NCBI RefSeq assembly: GCF_030028105.1
Contig: NC_092379.1
Location: forward strand, 24,793,821 to 24,857,820
Reading direction: 5' to 3'
DNA length: 64,000 nt
Origin: Mobula birostris
Lineage: Eukaryota
Shown piece after piece: positions 38,042 through 50,879 of this stretch. The translations under genes and the position numbers were made by a program. Below the pieces are notes generated by a model. The model did no database searches. It was not told where the DNA came from and saw only the letters and a program-made list of their open reading frames with translations. How positions within the stretch are numbered: the first letter of the stretch is position 1; every line of letters begins with the position of its first letter.

Positions 38042-38273
38042 ACAAAGAGTGAAACATTCTGGCAAACATCTAAGTCACCCTAATGTGAACACACTGCGAT
38101 ACTTAATGGTAAGTTACACTTCAAGCTCAACAGGTACTTCAGAAAATTTCCCCGAATACACAAATAAAAATCCAAACATTCAAAATACACTTATCTATGT
38201 GGTGCCCATGGGCCCTCCTATAGCAGGAGCATAATTTTCCATTAGTAATATGGCACTACTCGCGACCACAGTG
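38042..38273 (+). pseudogene. Decayed V relic ending in a perfect heptamer
   Basis: Acceptor TTTATTTTAG; VTL/CEHT...LNRYFRKFP (W codon apparently TGG>AGG); ...ISNMA; CACAGTG at 38267-38273 without a good nonamer. Confidence 0.33.
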
Positions 38274-39958
38274 TGACTCTAAACCGTGGAGAGTCATGAA
38301 AGCAAGCGTGCCCTCTTGCACGTGCTATTTATATACCCTCGAGTCGCCATGATCCGCGAACTACTGCCGCAGCTAACAGGGAAACCAAAGGGAAATATTA
38401 ATGAATCCATCTAAAGGATAATTCAATGGACAGCCGGCACCCTAGAGCGGCTTTACCAGAAAGTAATCGAACCTTGCATGTCACCCTTCCTAAACAAACT
38501 TGAAGCATCAAGTCAAATGATTATCTCATATGGGTAGCAATTTCATTTTGCTCGAACTTCGTAAACGGACTCTTGGGGCTAGCACGCACTGGACAGATAC
38601 AATCGTGAGCATCATAATCAGATTTTTGGAATGGAGGAGCTGTATGTCGAAATCCATACCAAAACTTAACACTTAGATTCTTTCTTCAAAATCGAAGTGG
38701 AAGCCAATTTCCTCCTAAGCTTTTGAATTCCCTGCTGGAGATGGTGGTTTAGGATAATGAAACAGCCTTATTAGAAATTGGAATTCTTCTTGATAAAACT
38801 CTCTCAATCTGGGGATAACAGACCCATTAATGAATTATATTGCTCTCTGGCACAAAACCGGTTAAGTGCCTCTGTTTTAGATAGCGTAGGCTTGAAAATG
38901 GGAGATTATGGGAAAATCGCGTATTATGAATGCTGGAAAGGATTAGAGCAAAAAGTGCCTTGAATCCGCTTCTCTCGGCATTAGTGTCATCTGAAGCTCA
39001 TTTCAAATCTCCATTGCCACATCCTAGGTTATATTTAGCCATTAAATTTCTGGAATATTTGTAACATTGCTATGAAACTATTCTAAGGAATATTCACCTG
39101 AGTTTCAAAAGAGACGTTTCGACTGATCAGCGACTCTTGACGTAACAAACCAAATACAAGTGCAGTTAGTTATTCTCAAACTGAAATTCGTCGCGAACAC
39201 TCCTTTCCAAAAGGAACGCTTACAAATAAGTTTGCTTTATACATGGTGATCCGACATCTCCACGTGTTAACACAACAACAGTTTCGAAGATTTTTGTTTA
39301 AATCCTTTGCCTCCGTGTTCCATTGTAGTAGAGTAGACGATTGGCAGCTAAATGTTGGTAACAACTCTGTGAAAAAGAAAAACGTTGCTTTCTTTGTGTT
39401 TATCGTCTTGTGAATCCAACAGCAGCTAGATCCACAGGGTATGGAACTCAGAACTTGAAAATTTCTGTCTCTGCGCTACAAAATAATACATAGCAGACTT
39501 TTAGGATTTACTTCACGAGAACTGACGTGTTTTCCCTGTGAACGCCCTCACTTGCTTTATTTCTAATGGCTTACATTTCATTCAGTCCTTTCAGCGTAAG
39601 AGAGCTTTAGTAACAGAGAGCAGGTTTATGTATTTTGGGGAGAGGGAAACATACCTAGTGTCAGGTTCGTGCAAGTTATTGCTTGCTAGTCAATAATGCT
39701 TCAGTGGGCTCACGGACATGTGTCCATTTTATAATTTGCGGCCCATCAGAAACATCGTCATGGAGCGGCGGTCCAGCGGACAACTTCTGCAACGAGAAGG
39801 GTACGGAATGAAGACACATCAGTAGTAACTGTTCTCACTTGCTGATTGCTACATGTACGAGAAAGCAATCAGAATCTTCAACTGGAGACCGACTGTGCTG
39901 CCTGAAAGCTATGTTTATCGATCTTGAGAGATGAGGAGCTGTGCATGCTTCTCTCCAC

Positions 39959-40116
39959 NNNNNNNNNNNNNNNNNNNNNNNNNNNNNNNNNNNNNNNNNN
40001 NNNNNNNNNNNNNNNNNNNNNNNNNNNNNNNNNNNNNNNNNNNNNNNNNNNNNNNNNNNNNNNNNNNNNNNNNNNNNNNNNNNNNNNNNNNNNNNNNNNN
40101 NNNNNNNNNNNNNNNN
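39959..40116. other. Assembly gap (N run)
   Basis: 158 N. Confidence 1.
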
Positions 40117-40206
40117 ACATTCTTCGCGGTTATATTTATTAATTTCAGTCTTCTGCTGCTTTCTTCGTGTTTTGAAGCGAAGTGTGTTTGTATTCCCTCA
40201 CACTGT

Positions 40207-40320
40207 GGTCTTTGTACCGCTCTCCCCCGTCTTTGTTTCACTGCGCCCGTGCGGAGTAACTGCAACATGACAAACACCATTGTCACTGAATGGTTGTGGA
40301 GATTCGTTAATCGATTGCTT
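40207..40320 (-). pseudogene. V-end relic with 23-RSS (heptamer mutated)
   Basis: Minus strand CGCAGTG (40239-40245) + exactly 23 nt + ACAAAGACC (40207-40215), preceded by GCAGTTAC-TCCGCACGGG resembling AVYYCARG with deletions. Confidence 0.4.
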
Positions 40321-41649
40321 TATTTTTGTCATGACTGATACAACAGGAGACTCGGCTTTCAGAAATGCTTATATTAACTCCACAACACTTCTATAGATGC
40401 AGAGTGGAAAGTGTATTGACGGACTACATCATAACCTAGTATGGAAACACCAACATCCTTGAACCGAAAATCCTACGATATTGGAATCGGCCCAGTACAT
40501 CATTGGAAAATCCCTTCCAAGTATTGAACATATCGTCATGAAAAGCTGCATAGGCATGCATCCGCTCCTCCGAAGCCAAACGCTGTTGTTGCCGGTTCAA
40601 TCAGGTAGAGGATACAACAACCTCAGGATTCGCACCAACATGTTCAAGTACAGATACTACCCTAAAGCCATCAGGCTCTTCAACATAGGGAATGACGAAC
40701 AATTGCTTGCCAGTTTATTGAGATGTACGCATATGTAATGATCTTGCATTAAGGACACTATCTTGTTATCTCACGTTATCGTTATTTATTGGTATGTTTT
40801 TTTTTTATATTTGCTTTTGAACAGTTTGATGCGTTCCAAATTCTCCATTTTCGTTCATTCTTTCTTTGACTCTATTAGAGATACAATACTATAGAATTGC
40901 TGAGTATGCCTGCACGTTCTATAGGGTCATTATGTGTACTTTGATAATAAAGGTTTCTCTCAACTTTGAAATTTGACTTCCATAGATATTTCTCTGGAGA
41001 TGGCATTTACAGTACAGCTGTTGGGAACAACGTGTACCATTACACCTTGTATATTCTATTCTGACAGTGACCATCTCACCATCATAAATGGACTGAAGAG
41101 GCGGATTGTCAGACACCAGGAAAATACGATCCAGAGAAAGTTAAAGCGGAATTTACTATTACTTTACTGTTGATCAGCGTTTACTTGGCAACAAAATAAG
41201 TAGACTGCGCTTTTACACCGGTTCCTTTCTTTGAAACTGTTCTCAATAGTAGTTGGAAGTAACTCTACTGTATGCTCTCGTGATAAAAAAAAAAACACAC
41301 ACACACACTGGCGGATCCCCAAAGAAGAAAGGTGTGTTCGTAAGAGGAAATTGGTAAACACCTGTTTATCTACGGAAATATTTTAATTAAACACAGAACA
41401 ATTACGAGTAATTTAAGAAGCCGGACCTAGTAAATGGAAGAATCACATTACCTAAGCTGCATAATTTATTTCCTCGTTCATGTTTGTTGTGAAATACGAA
41501 TATATAGAATAATTTAACAGTACACTTTTCCCCCATGAATTATCCACTTAGTAAAATGTATCGTTCTCTGCTTTATTGCTAACAGAATATTTTTTTTTAA
41601 CAATGGAATGTAGACCTGTGGGCTTCTTATTGCGTTAATGGTTTTCAGC

Positions 41650-41863
41650 ACTCCATACTTTGTCTTCATTACCACGTTTCCCACAATCCGTCAATTATGA
41701 CTTGTTTTTTTTTTTCCAATTTTGCAGCAGGTTGTTAGACTTCTTTTTGTTTTCAAAATTCGGCATCTCTCATGCCATTCTGAGTACCCTGTGTTTGATA
41801 AAATGTTTGATTCTCAGTGTTGTGAGGCACAGTGATTTAGAATGCATCGTTGTCACGAACACC
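41650..41863 (+). pseudogene. Decayed TCR V-like relic
   Basis: TLS...SVNYDLF(T-run)QF.SRLLDF.L resembles CDR1/FR2. It ends GATTCT...GTGAGG|CACAGTG (41828-41834) with ACGAACACC after a 20-nt spacer. Confidence 0.33.
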
Positions 41864-43112
41864 CGCTCATACGAATAGTGAATCTGTATGCAGCACGAAA
41901 AGCAGAGTCATCCATCGTCCTCTCTAATGCCAATCGAACGGCGGACCACTAGAATCTGAAATAGTCAGTCAAGTTCTCTGAATTAACCAGCAATATTCTT
42001 ACAACTCTAAAACGATACCAGCAGATTTACGCTTCAAAGTTGTCAATCTTTCTACTCGCGGGGAAAGTTGCAACGGCTGTCCTTTCGACTCTGAGGCAAA
42101 TGTGACTTGATCTGCAAATATATCCTGTGGAAAGTTTCAAGAAACCGATTTAGAAATATCTTCTCTCTCGTTTTGAACGAAATGAAAATGAAATGATACT
42201 GGAGCATTTCCAGGGTCACATTGAAATAAGTGAGATGTTCAGGTACCTAGCAGTTGTGAGATCAACTCTTTTTCACGTGCCTAAAATATGTTTCCATTCA
42301 TGCAAAGACTTTGATATCGCTTCTGCAAGGACCATTTCGAAGACAACCTGATCATGAACCATCATCATCCGTTGCCAAATTGCATCAGGATATTAAAAGA
42401 AAACAAACTCCCGGTACCAGTTCGGATCCACCTGGTCCAAGTAACATAGGAAGCTCATTAAAGTGCCCTTAATAGATGGTAAAATAGCTGTTTTACCAAA
42501 GTGGGAAACCATCGAGAATAATTAATGAAAAAAATTCCGAATATTAAACTTGCCGATATTATACAGCCGACAGTTACACAAATTATTCTGCTTCAGACTG
42601 GCGAATATATATTAATGAAGCCAACATTTTGCTTGCTTTGTTGCTCCGTGAACGCACCAATCTGCAGAAATATTTAATGTCTGTAATTCTGGCATTCGCA
42701 GTTTATTTGTGAGTCAAAATGACAGAACTTAACAGCTCAGGTAATGTGTTCCGGTTCCCGGCTGTAGAACAGGGTCCGATATAAAGTTGTGAATTCGAAA
42801 CGGGAATCAGTTTTCCCTGATAGTCATTTCATAAAACCATGAGCGGGACAGATGGTATGATCAATATACATTGAGCAGTGAGGAATGAAACAACGTTGAA
42901 CTGCAACTATCTAGTGCTCCCAGAAATAAGTCTGTGGAGACATTAGTGCCGTGGATTCGTGTTTTCACTTTTTGGGTTAATCAGCAGTGAAACTTTATTA
43001 CGCCAAGAATCCCAGCTCCAGTGTATGTACCTTCCCAAAAATAATGTCATTTACAGAAATGTGTGCGCTGACACAACTTTGAGATTCAGAATTCCTAGTG
43101 TATTTCTGAGAC

Positions 43113-43389
43113 AAACCAAAGTGTAATATTTCAATAGAACTTATTGTCGTATTTTCAGCTATGTACACACGAAGAGGTGCAACGAAAATCATACCTTCCT
43201 GATCAAAAAGGAATTTACGTTTGTTTGTTTTTTTTTGTTATTATTTTTCCTTTACAATGTTGCCTTCTTTTCTTACCAATACTGAGTACCGCTGGTGCTG
43301 GAGAAGGTATGATTTTCCTTGCACCTGTTCGTGTTGTACATAGCTGAAAATACGACAATAAGTTCTATTGAAATATTACACTTTGGTTT
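43113..43389. repeat. Fold-back inverted repeat (86/87-bp arms, about 104-bp loop)
   Basis: 43113-43198 is the reverse complement of 43303-43389 with two substitutions and one indel. Confidence 0.95.
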
Positions 43390-45599
43390 TAATATGTGGA
43401 ATTTCTGTTAGTGTTTGTCTTCGTATTTTCAGTCGTAATTCCCTCTTTCACAACTGGCATAGTATTCGAGAGGTATTTCGCAGTCAGCAACCAGATAATG
43501 CTTACTATTCCTTCTTATTTGACCTCCATGCCTGCCTGGGGTTGATTAAACTAACATAACTTAACAGGTAGTAATAATCCACAGTAGCGATACTTGAGTG
43601 CCAGGAGTCAGACCTCAAAACATTAATTTTGTTTTTCTGGCGTCACTCTCCGTAGATGCTTTTCCACCACCTGTGTGAATTGCTTTGTCCTACCGAAGGT
43701 ACCTGAGCGTCAACTCATGCAAATGACGTCATCTGGTATCAAAACGGTATTAATTTTGGAAAGCATTGGTGTTTATAATGATTAACAAGGAGAATGACAG
43801 AGAGAAGGGGTAACAATAAGAAGTACTTATTGTCCTTCGATTTCTGTGTCACTAACACGTTCGCATGTTTATTTAGTTGGTGAGCATTGGATCTCTGTTT
43901 GAAAATAATTTGTACTTTATAATTTTTATTCGAATTGAGTAATTGTCTATAATTCTGAAGACCTCTGTGAATTATAAATGTGCGGTCGAAATTTAACCTG
44001 ATCATTAAAATAAAATAAACTGATTTTAACGTATGGAATTAGCTAAGTTATCGTCCCGTTGGTGGAGTGTAGTTATTCACCACTGAAATAATGCGTATTG
44101 GCATCTAGACTTCACTTATAGAGAAAAGAAAGTAAGGTAGTCTTTGAAGAGTACGCTAATGCAGTTTACCTCGCCATAGTGATGAATCTTAAAACGGAAG
44201 TATCCTAAAATATCTTCTTGAGAGTTAAGGCGTCGCTTACAGTGCAAACAATGTCATCGCATGTGATGAAGTGGAAATCATATGTTTAGCTTACGAGCTG
44301 ACCGAATGCAGGTTTAAAGTTGTTGTTGTTGTTGTAGTTGTTGTTGTTTTTTTTTTTCTTTTTTTCTCTTTCTCTAGAATTTTCCAGACTGGCTACTGCT
44401 GGCCTCTCGCTCACTAATGCCAGGAGAAGGTGACTATGTGTGACGGACTCCATTTCACTCAAGATCCGGTACATTCACTGTTAACCGTGTCCAAACAATT
44501 TTTACCCAGTCATTCTTCATATTTTACCCGACCCGTACAATACTAAGCACAATTCTTATTCATAATGCATTCCACAATTTAATACCCAGAATAGGGAGAG
44601 TTGGCACTACATTAAGCTCGAAGCACCCGACGCCATCACTATCCATCCGACTGTAAACATTAGGACACAAAAGAGAGTAACTATTCACATTAACACGTTC
44701 CAACTGAGTTAAACTCTGATTTATAACGCTGGTTGTGGTCATTAATAATTGCATATGAGTATTAAATCACCAGGTGCAGAAATTCCTCTATGTAAAATCG
44801 ATATACAGAGTAACAGAACAAAAGCGCAGTGGAGCGCGAGAACAGTTTTAACCCGAAACATCAAAATGTGTTCATTTTCATGGAAGCTGCCTAACCTGCC
44901 GAGTTTCTCTAGCTTTTGGTCTATCTTGCAACATGCCATTGAATCGATTTTTTTTTCCATGTCAACTCATCTGTCAACATTTCCAAGCTGACTGCGTTTG
45001 GCACATAATTCTCCCTGCACTGCATTTTTAAGTACCTCTACAACTACCTTCCACTGCGCAACCCACCACCGGTATGACCATCTACCTTATACGTACAACT
45101 TATGAATTTATAAACGTCGATGATAACTCAACCTACTGTCCTACACTGCAAGCAATAAGGATCTCGTATGCTGCTCTTTCATATAAATCAGGTCTTCTGC
45201 ACCAGGAAGCATCGTCTTCAGCTGAGAATGCACTTGTTATTACATGTTGAAAAATGTTGTACAGAATACTCCAAATATAGAATGACAAACGAAATAGAGA
45301 CTAGAACATATTTTCCTGACGGTAAATTCGATGTCCTAGTGATAAAATTAGGCTTCTAAGCACATTCTATAACACACTCTGTAAATACACGGCTCTTTCT
45401 ATATTTGTGCCTTGAACCCCCAAATGCTTCTGATTCCTGGGGAAAAAAAAGGAAATAGTGCCTTCCCATTCATGGCATAACTCCTCTTCTGGAGTGCATG
45501 GCCAAAATGCATCATTTTCTACATGTCTACAGTGAGGTACGTTTATCATGCCTCACCCCACCTCCCAAATTGATAATTGGTAATTTACTGTTAACTTTC

Positions 45600-46220
45600 A
45601 CAGGACCTATTGATTTAGTATAATCAAATAATTGCTGATTGTACCGTCCGTATTCTCATTAATCAAAGGACTGAGGCATGGGAAATTCCAACATCCGAAC
45701 GCCTTCAGAATCGACATCGCCATTAAACTCTGCTTCATAACTTTCAGTCAATTATAAATCTCAATCGCAAGCTCCCCAATCCCTGCCGACCTGATAATCT
45801 ATACCGTAATGCTAAGGTGTAGCTTGCCAAACGTTTTAGTGATGTCGGTTTTGAAAACACCTTCATCTATCCCTTTACCTTCTGTTCCGCAGATCTCAAG
45901 ATTGCTCTTTAGTCTTGCCCACGGTTGTAAAAAACAACACTGAATATTCCGACTTGGTCTTCAGTATCCAAGTTATGGTGTATCTTGTCTCTCAGAACTC
46001 TCTTCAGTATCGTCACGACAGCTGAAATCAGGCTCTGCCATTTGTAGTTCACTGGGTTGTCCATGCAATCCATCTTGAACCTGGGAAGAGAGACCTTGAC
46101 GAGGATGGTTAATTGTGTCGTATCCGACACTAGGTTCGCTACACTGTATGACACTGAAACTGGAACTGAGTAGAAAATAGACGGTCGGCGATTTACATTT
46201 TTTACCGTGGCACCAAAACA
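45600..46220 (-). mobile_element. Old CR1 RT fragment
   Basis: DNPVNY...SAVVTILKRVLRDKIH and VFKTDITKTFGKL correspond to CR1 DNPGNYRPVSLTSVVGK and DFSKAFDKV. Confidence 0.7.
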
Positions 46221-46449
46221 CGCCTTATCTGTCAGCGACCGATGTTCCAGAGAGCTAGACCGTCCAAACACCGGAAGCTGTCAGGATCAGGAGTGTAAAC
46301 AACAGGAATTCTGCAGAAGCTGTAAATTTAAGCAACACACATCAAAGTTGCTGGTGAACGCAGCAGGCCAGGTAACATCTCTACGAAGAGGTGCAGTCGA
46401 CGTTTCAGGCCGAGACCCTTCGTCAGGACTAACTGAAGGAAGGTCAGGA

Positions 46450-49400
46450 GCATGTTGTAACAGGATCTTCTCCCACATAGCCAAATATGGATGTGTCCGG
46501 CTGCTCAGAGTAACGACGATGGTAAACTTGGATGAGACCGGGTCCAAAATGTCCGTTATAGGAACCCAGTAGCATTTCTCGGTCCGAATCCTTTCTATTC
46601 CATGAGGAAATGCCGAACACCTCGCACATTTCGTGAATCCTAAATTCTTCCCACGATGAAGACCTGATTTCCATCGATTAAACTGCGTGGCGGCGTGACT
46701 AATGGTAGTGGGGCAAAATGGCTGGTGTCCTCAGATTTTCATCTGGTCATTTGGGATGTGTGATTGTTTATGAGGGCCTTGTGCAGATGCAATGTGAAAG
46801 TAATATGGTTTACACTCTGGAGTATCTTCGAGGCTCCAATGAATTTGGGAGCCAAATTCCTGGAATCCACCTGGAGAGTCAACTCCTGCGACGGCAATCA
46901 GACATATTGCCGACGCTGCCAAACTGGTCCCTATTTTTTCGTGCGATTGCCATTTATTCCAGCTTTCCGTGTGGAAGCTAACAGAACCTTCCTGCCGTAG
47001 TTGATATCGACTTACCTTGGTGGACAGAATCTTCTGCCACAGGCAATTCAATCTCCGATTCCTGCTCAGGGAACACTGGTGCAGAATACCAAGATTGGCA
47101 CACGAAGTGGGGCATCCATTGCGCAGAATGACGAGGTTGATGCGCTCATTTGGTGGGGGCAAGTGTTGTGGGGAACATCTGCTCACATAAAGTAGTCACA
47201 ACTCTTCTCCGTCTTAGGGTTCGTTCCAAATCTCTTCCATGGACTTCGAGAAAATTGGGATGTAGTCCAAGTGAACGAAGGTGTAGTTATAGAGAGCATC
47301 CCGAAGCATATCATTTATAAAGACATTTAAAATTGCAAGGCTGGAGGGCATCAGTCATATTTCGCTGTCTCTTTGTTGAATGCCGTCCAGCACTCCTCAC
47401 CCTCATTTATGCGACCAAATTAAATGTACTCACAAGTGTAGCTTCGAGAATACTATTGCCCCTTGGAGTATCACGAAAGCAGTGTTTAGTAGTGGAATAG
47501 GCTAACGATTCTTAACAGTTATATGATTCAGCCCTTTCTAATCAATGCATGATCGCAGGCTGCCGTCTTTTTCCTGCAGGAAAAGCCAGTGTGCGCCAAT
47601 GGATCCCAGGACAGGAATATTTTATAGACTACACAGCACCACTGATAGAATGAGGACTCGTGTAATCGGAGACGGTGGTGCCGTAGACTGACCAGGACAT
47701 TCCCGTAACGGCCACTCTATGGGGCCAAAGTCCGAAATTTAATAGCGTAATTTACTGCCCTGTTACAAATTCATCAGACGGTCCGAGACTGGGATCTTTT
47801 CCTGTTTTTTTTTTTTTTCTTGCGGTGTTCCTCTGAGGTCCACAAGTTATCCAATTCACAGCAAGTGTCCGATCTTCGCTCGAACTGCGTGATGACACAC
47901 GCCAGTGCTATGCCGATCAGGAGAGGAATCATGAATTCCACCAAAGTGAATAGGAATAAGGAACATTGGTTCTCTAGGGATATTGCAACTCTGATAAAGA
48001 AGAAGAAGGAGATGTATGACATGTATACGAAACAGGGAGTAAATAAGGTGCTTGAGGAGTATAGGAAGGGCAAGAAAGTAGTTAAGGAAATAATCAGGAG
48101 GGCTAAAAGAAGACATGAGGTTGCCCTGGCAGTCAAAGTGAAAGATAATCCAAAGAGCTTTTACAGGTATATTAATAGCAAAAGGATTGTAAGGAGTAAA
48201 ATTTGTCCTCTTAAAGATCAGAGTGGTCGGCTATGTGCGGAACCAAAGGAAATTCGGGGGATCTTAAATAGTTGCGTTTTTGTTTTGTTTGTTTGATTTT
48301 CGTCTGTGTTTACTAAGGAAACTGGCATGAAGTCTATGGAACTTAGGGAAACAAGTAGTGAGATCATGGAAACTGTACAGATTAAAAAAAGGAGGAGGTG
48401 CTTGCTGTCTTGAGGAAAATTAAAGTGGGTAAATCCCCGGGATCTGACACGTGTTCCCTCGGACCTTGAAGGAGACTGGTGTTGAAATTGCAGGGGCCCT
48501 GGCAGAAATATTTAAAATGTCGCTGTCTACAGGTGATTTGCCAGAGGATTGGAGAGTAGCTCATGTTGTTCCGTTGTTTAAGAAAGGGTCCAAAAGTAAT
48601 CCGAGAAATTATAGGCCGGTAAGTTTAACGTCGGTAGTAGGTAAGTTATTGGAGGGAGTACTAAGAGACAGAATCTACCAGCATTTGGATAGACAGGGAG
48701 TTATTAGGAAGAGTCAACATGGCTTTGTGCGTAGTAGGTCATGTTTGACCATCTGTTGGAGTTTTTCGAGGAGGTTACCAGGAAAGTGGATGAAGGGAAG
48801 ACAGTGGATATTGTCTACACGGACTTAAGTAAGGTCTTTGACAAGGTCCCGCATGGGAGGTTAGTTAGGAAAATGCAGTCGCTAGGTATACATGGAGTGG
48901 TGGTTAATTGGATTAGACATTGGCTCAATGGAAGAAGCCAAAGAGTGGTGGCAGAGAATTGCTTCTCTTAGTGGAGGCCTGTGACTAGTGGTGTGCTACA
49001 GGGATCAGTGTTGGGTCCATTGTTATTTGTCATCTATATCAATGATCTGGATGATAATGTGGTAAATTGGATCAACAAATTTGCTGATAATACAAAGATT
49101 GGAGGTGTGTTAGACGGTGAGGAAGGTTTTCAGAGCCTGCATAGGGACTTGGACCATCTGGGAAAATGGGCTGAAAAATGGCAGATGGAGATTAATACAG
49201 ACAAGTGTGAGGTATTGCACGTTGGAAGGACATACAGGGTAAATGGTAAGGCACTGCACTGAGGAGTGCAGTAGAACAGAGGGATCTGGGAATACAGATA
49301 CAAACTTCCCTAGAAGTGACGCCGCAGGTAGATAGGGTCGTAAAGAGAGCTTTTGGTACATTGGCCTTTATTAATCAAAGTATTGAGTATAAGAGCTGGA

Positions 49401-50480
49401 ATGTTATGATGAGGTTCCATAAGGCATTGGTGAGGCCGAATCTGGAGTATTGTGTTCAGGTTTGGTCACCAAATTACAGGAGGGATATAAATAATTTTGG
49501 AAGAGTGCAGAAAAGTTTTACAGGATGTTGCCGAAACTTGAGAAACTCAGTTACAGAGAAAGGTTGAATAGGTTAGGACTTTATTTCCTGGAACTTAGAA
49601 GAATGGGGGGAGATTTTGATAGAGGTATATAAAATTATGATGGGGAAAGATAGAGTGAATGCAAGCAGGCTTTTTCCACTGAGGCAAGGGATTGAAAAAA
49701 AAAAGAGGGCATGGGTTAAAGTTGGGGGGGGGGTAGTTTAAAGGGAACATTGGAGGGGGTTTCTTCACACAGAGAGTGGTGGGAGTATAGAATGAGCTGC
49801 CAGACGAGGTGGTAACTGTGTTTTTTTTTTACATTTAAGACTAAATTGGATAGATACATAGATGGGAGGTGAATGGAGGGATATGATCCGTGTGTAAATA
49901 AGTGGGACTAGGCAGAAAATGGTTCGGTACAGCCAAGAAGGGCCAAAAGACCTGTTTCTGTGCTGTAGTTTTTCTATGGTTTCTTTTCTATGGTTTTTGA
50001 GTTCCGTAGGGAACGGTGCCGACTGGAGTTCAATCACCAACGAACATTGAGTAAGAAAGCCGCGCTAAGAACATGTGTCACCACCTAATCTGTCTGGGTT
50101 CGGATGGGCTGGCTCTGTAGAGAGACGGATGCCTCATCCGAGCGACTTTTTCTTCCTCCCAGCGATAGGACGATCTGGATGACGTGTACATCAAGCTTCC
50201 GTCTTGACATTTTTTGGCCGTGGCCCGCCACAGCTGACAGAAGACCAGAATACGCAGCAGTGTCCAGACTGGGTCGATCGTATTGTGAGGAAAAAGTTTG
50301 AAGAGAACGATTAGGACCTAAGCACTGAGGTATAGTAGACTAGGATCAAGAAACGTAACGAGACTGAATCAAGAAAAGTAGACGCTGGTCGGTAATACAA
50401 AATAAGCTTCTGATTGTGCACCGAACTTCAGTTCAGGAGCTCTTTAATTATTAGTTCCTGTCGCCAAATCATGGTCACCA
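46450..50480 (-). mobile_element. Chromoviral (sushi-type) Gypsy relic with large deletions, interrupted by a CR1
   Basis: gag RGFLTQCSLVIELQSAPFPTE (about 50060-50000); RT KKDGSLRSCID.KGLNHITVKNR (about 47590-47500); integrase LAPKFIG...; chromodomain GFGP/KCYWVPITDILDP/LIQVYH (about 46600-46520); LTR/leader about 50280-50480. Confidence 0.8.
47800..49990 (+). mobile_element. 5'-truncated CR1 LINE
   Basis: NPRNYRPVSLTSVVGKLLE, QGSVLGPLLF, KFADNTKIGG, LVRPNLEYCVQVWSP; (CTATGGTTT)n-like tail. Confidence 0.95.
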
Positions 50481-50879
50481 GTTAGCGGGGCGCCATGTAT
50501 TTTAAAGGGTCTGCGATCGGTATTCAAGCCACAGAGAGTTAGGGGTTCTAAGCTCCGGAAGCTAGCACAGTTGGGTGCGTTTCCTAACAGGAATTTTATC
50601 CATTTTCATGTATTCTAAATCTTCGGTATTAGCAAACTTAGCATAACTTAAAACAATATTTTGTGTTCTCATAATCTGCCAAATATATTTCATACCCTCG
50701 TTTTGCGCTCATGATATTCTTTTTTAATGTAGGGCTTAAATATTTTCCCTTAATTCGTCGAAGGATTAATTTTGCATAGTTTCCATTTCCATGCAATTCC
50801 TCCTTATATCTAAAGCTCGCTGAACTTGATATGTTTGCTCTCATCATAACTGGAAAATGTTGTTCCTCGACTCTTAATC

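Noticed and set aside
42300-42480. Minus-strand LCYLDQVDPNWYREF, suggestive of a V FR2 or a CARD helix
   Set aside because: Flanked by stops, with no splice structure or further motif support.
43020-43060. Minus-strand IIFGKVHTLEL resembling a J segment
   Set aside because: FGxG is incomplete, and there is no RSS or suitable splice donor.
44388-44730. Possible V relic (EGDYV...TIHINTFQLS...IY)
   Set aside because: No Cys, Trp or RSS landmarks; similarity is too weak to call by eye.
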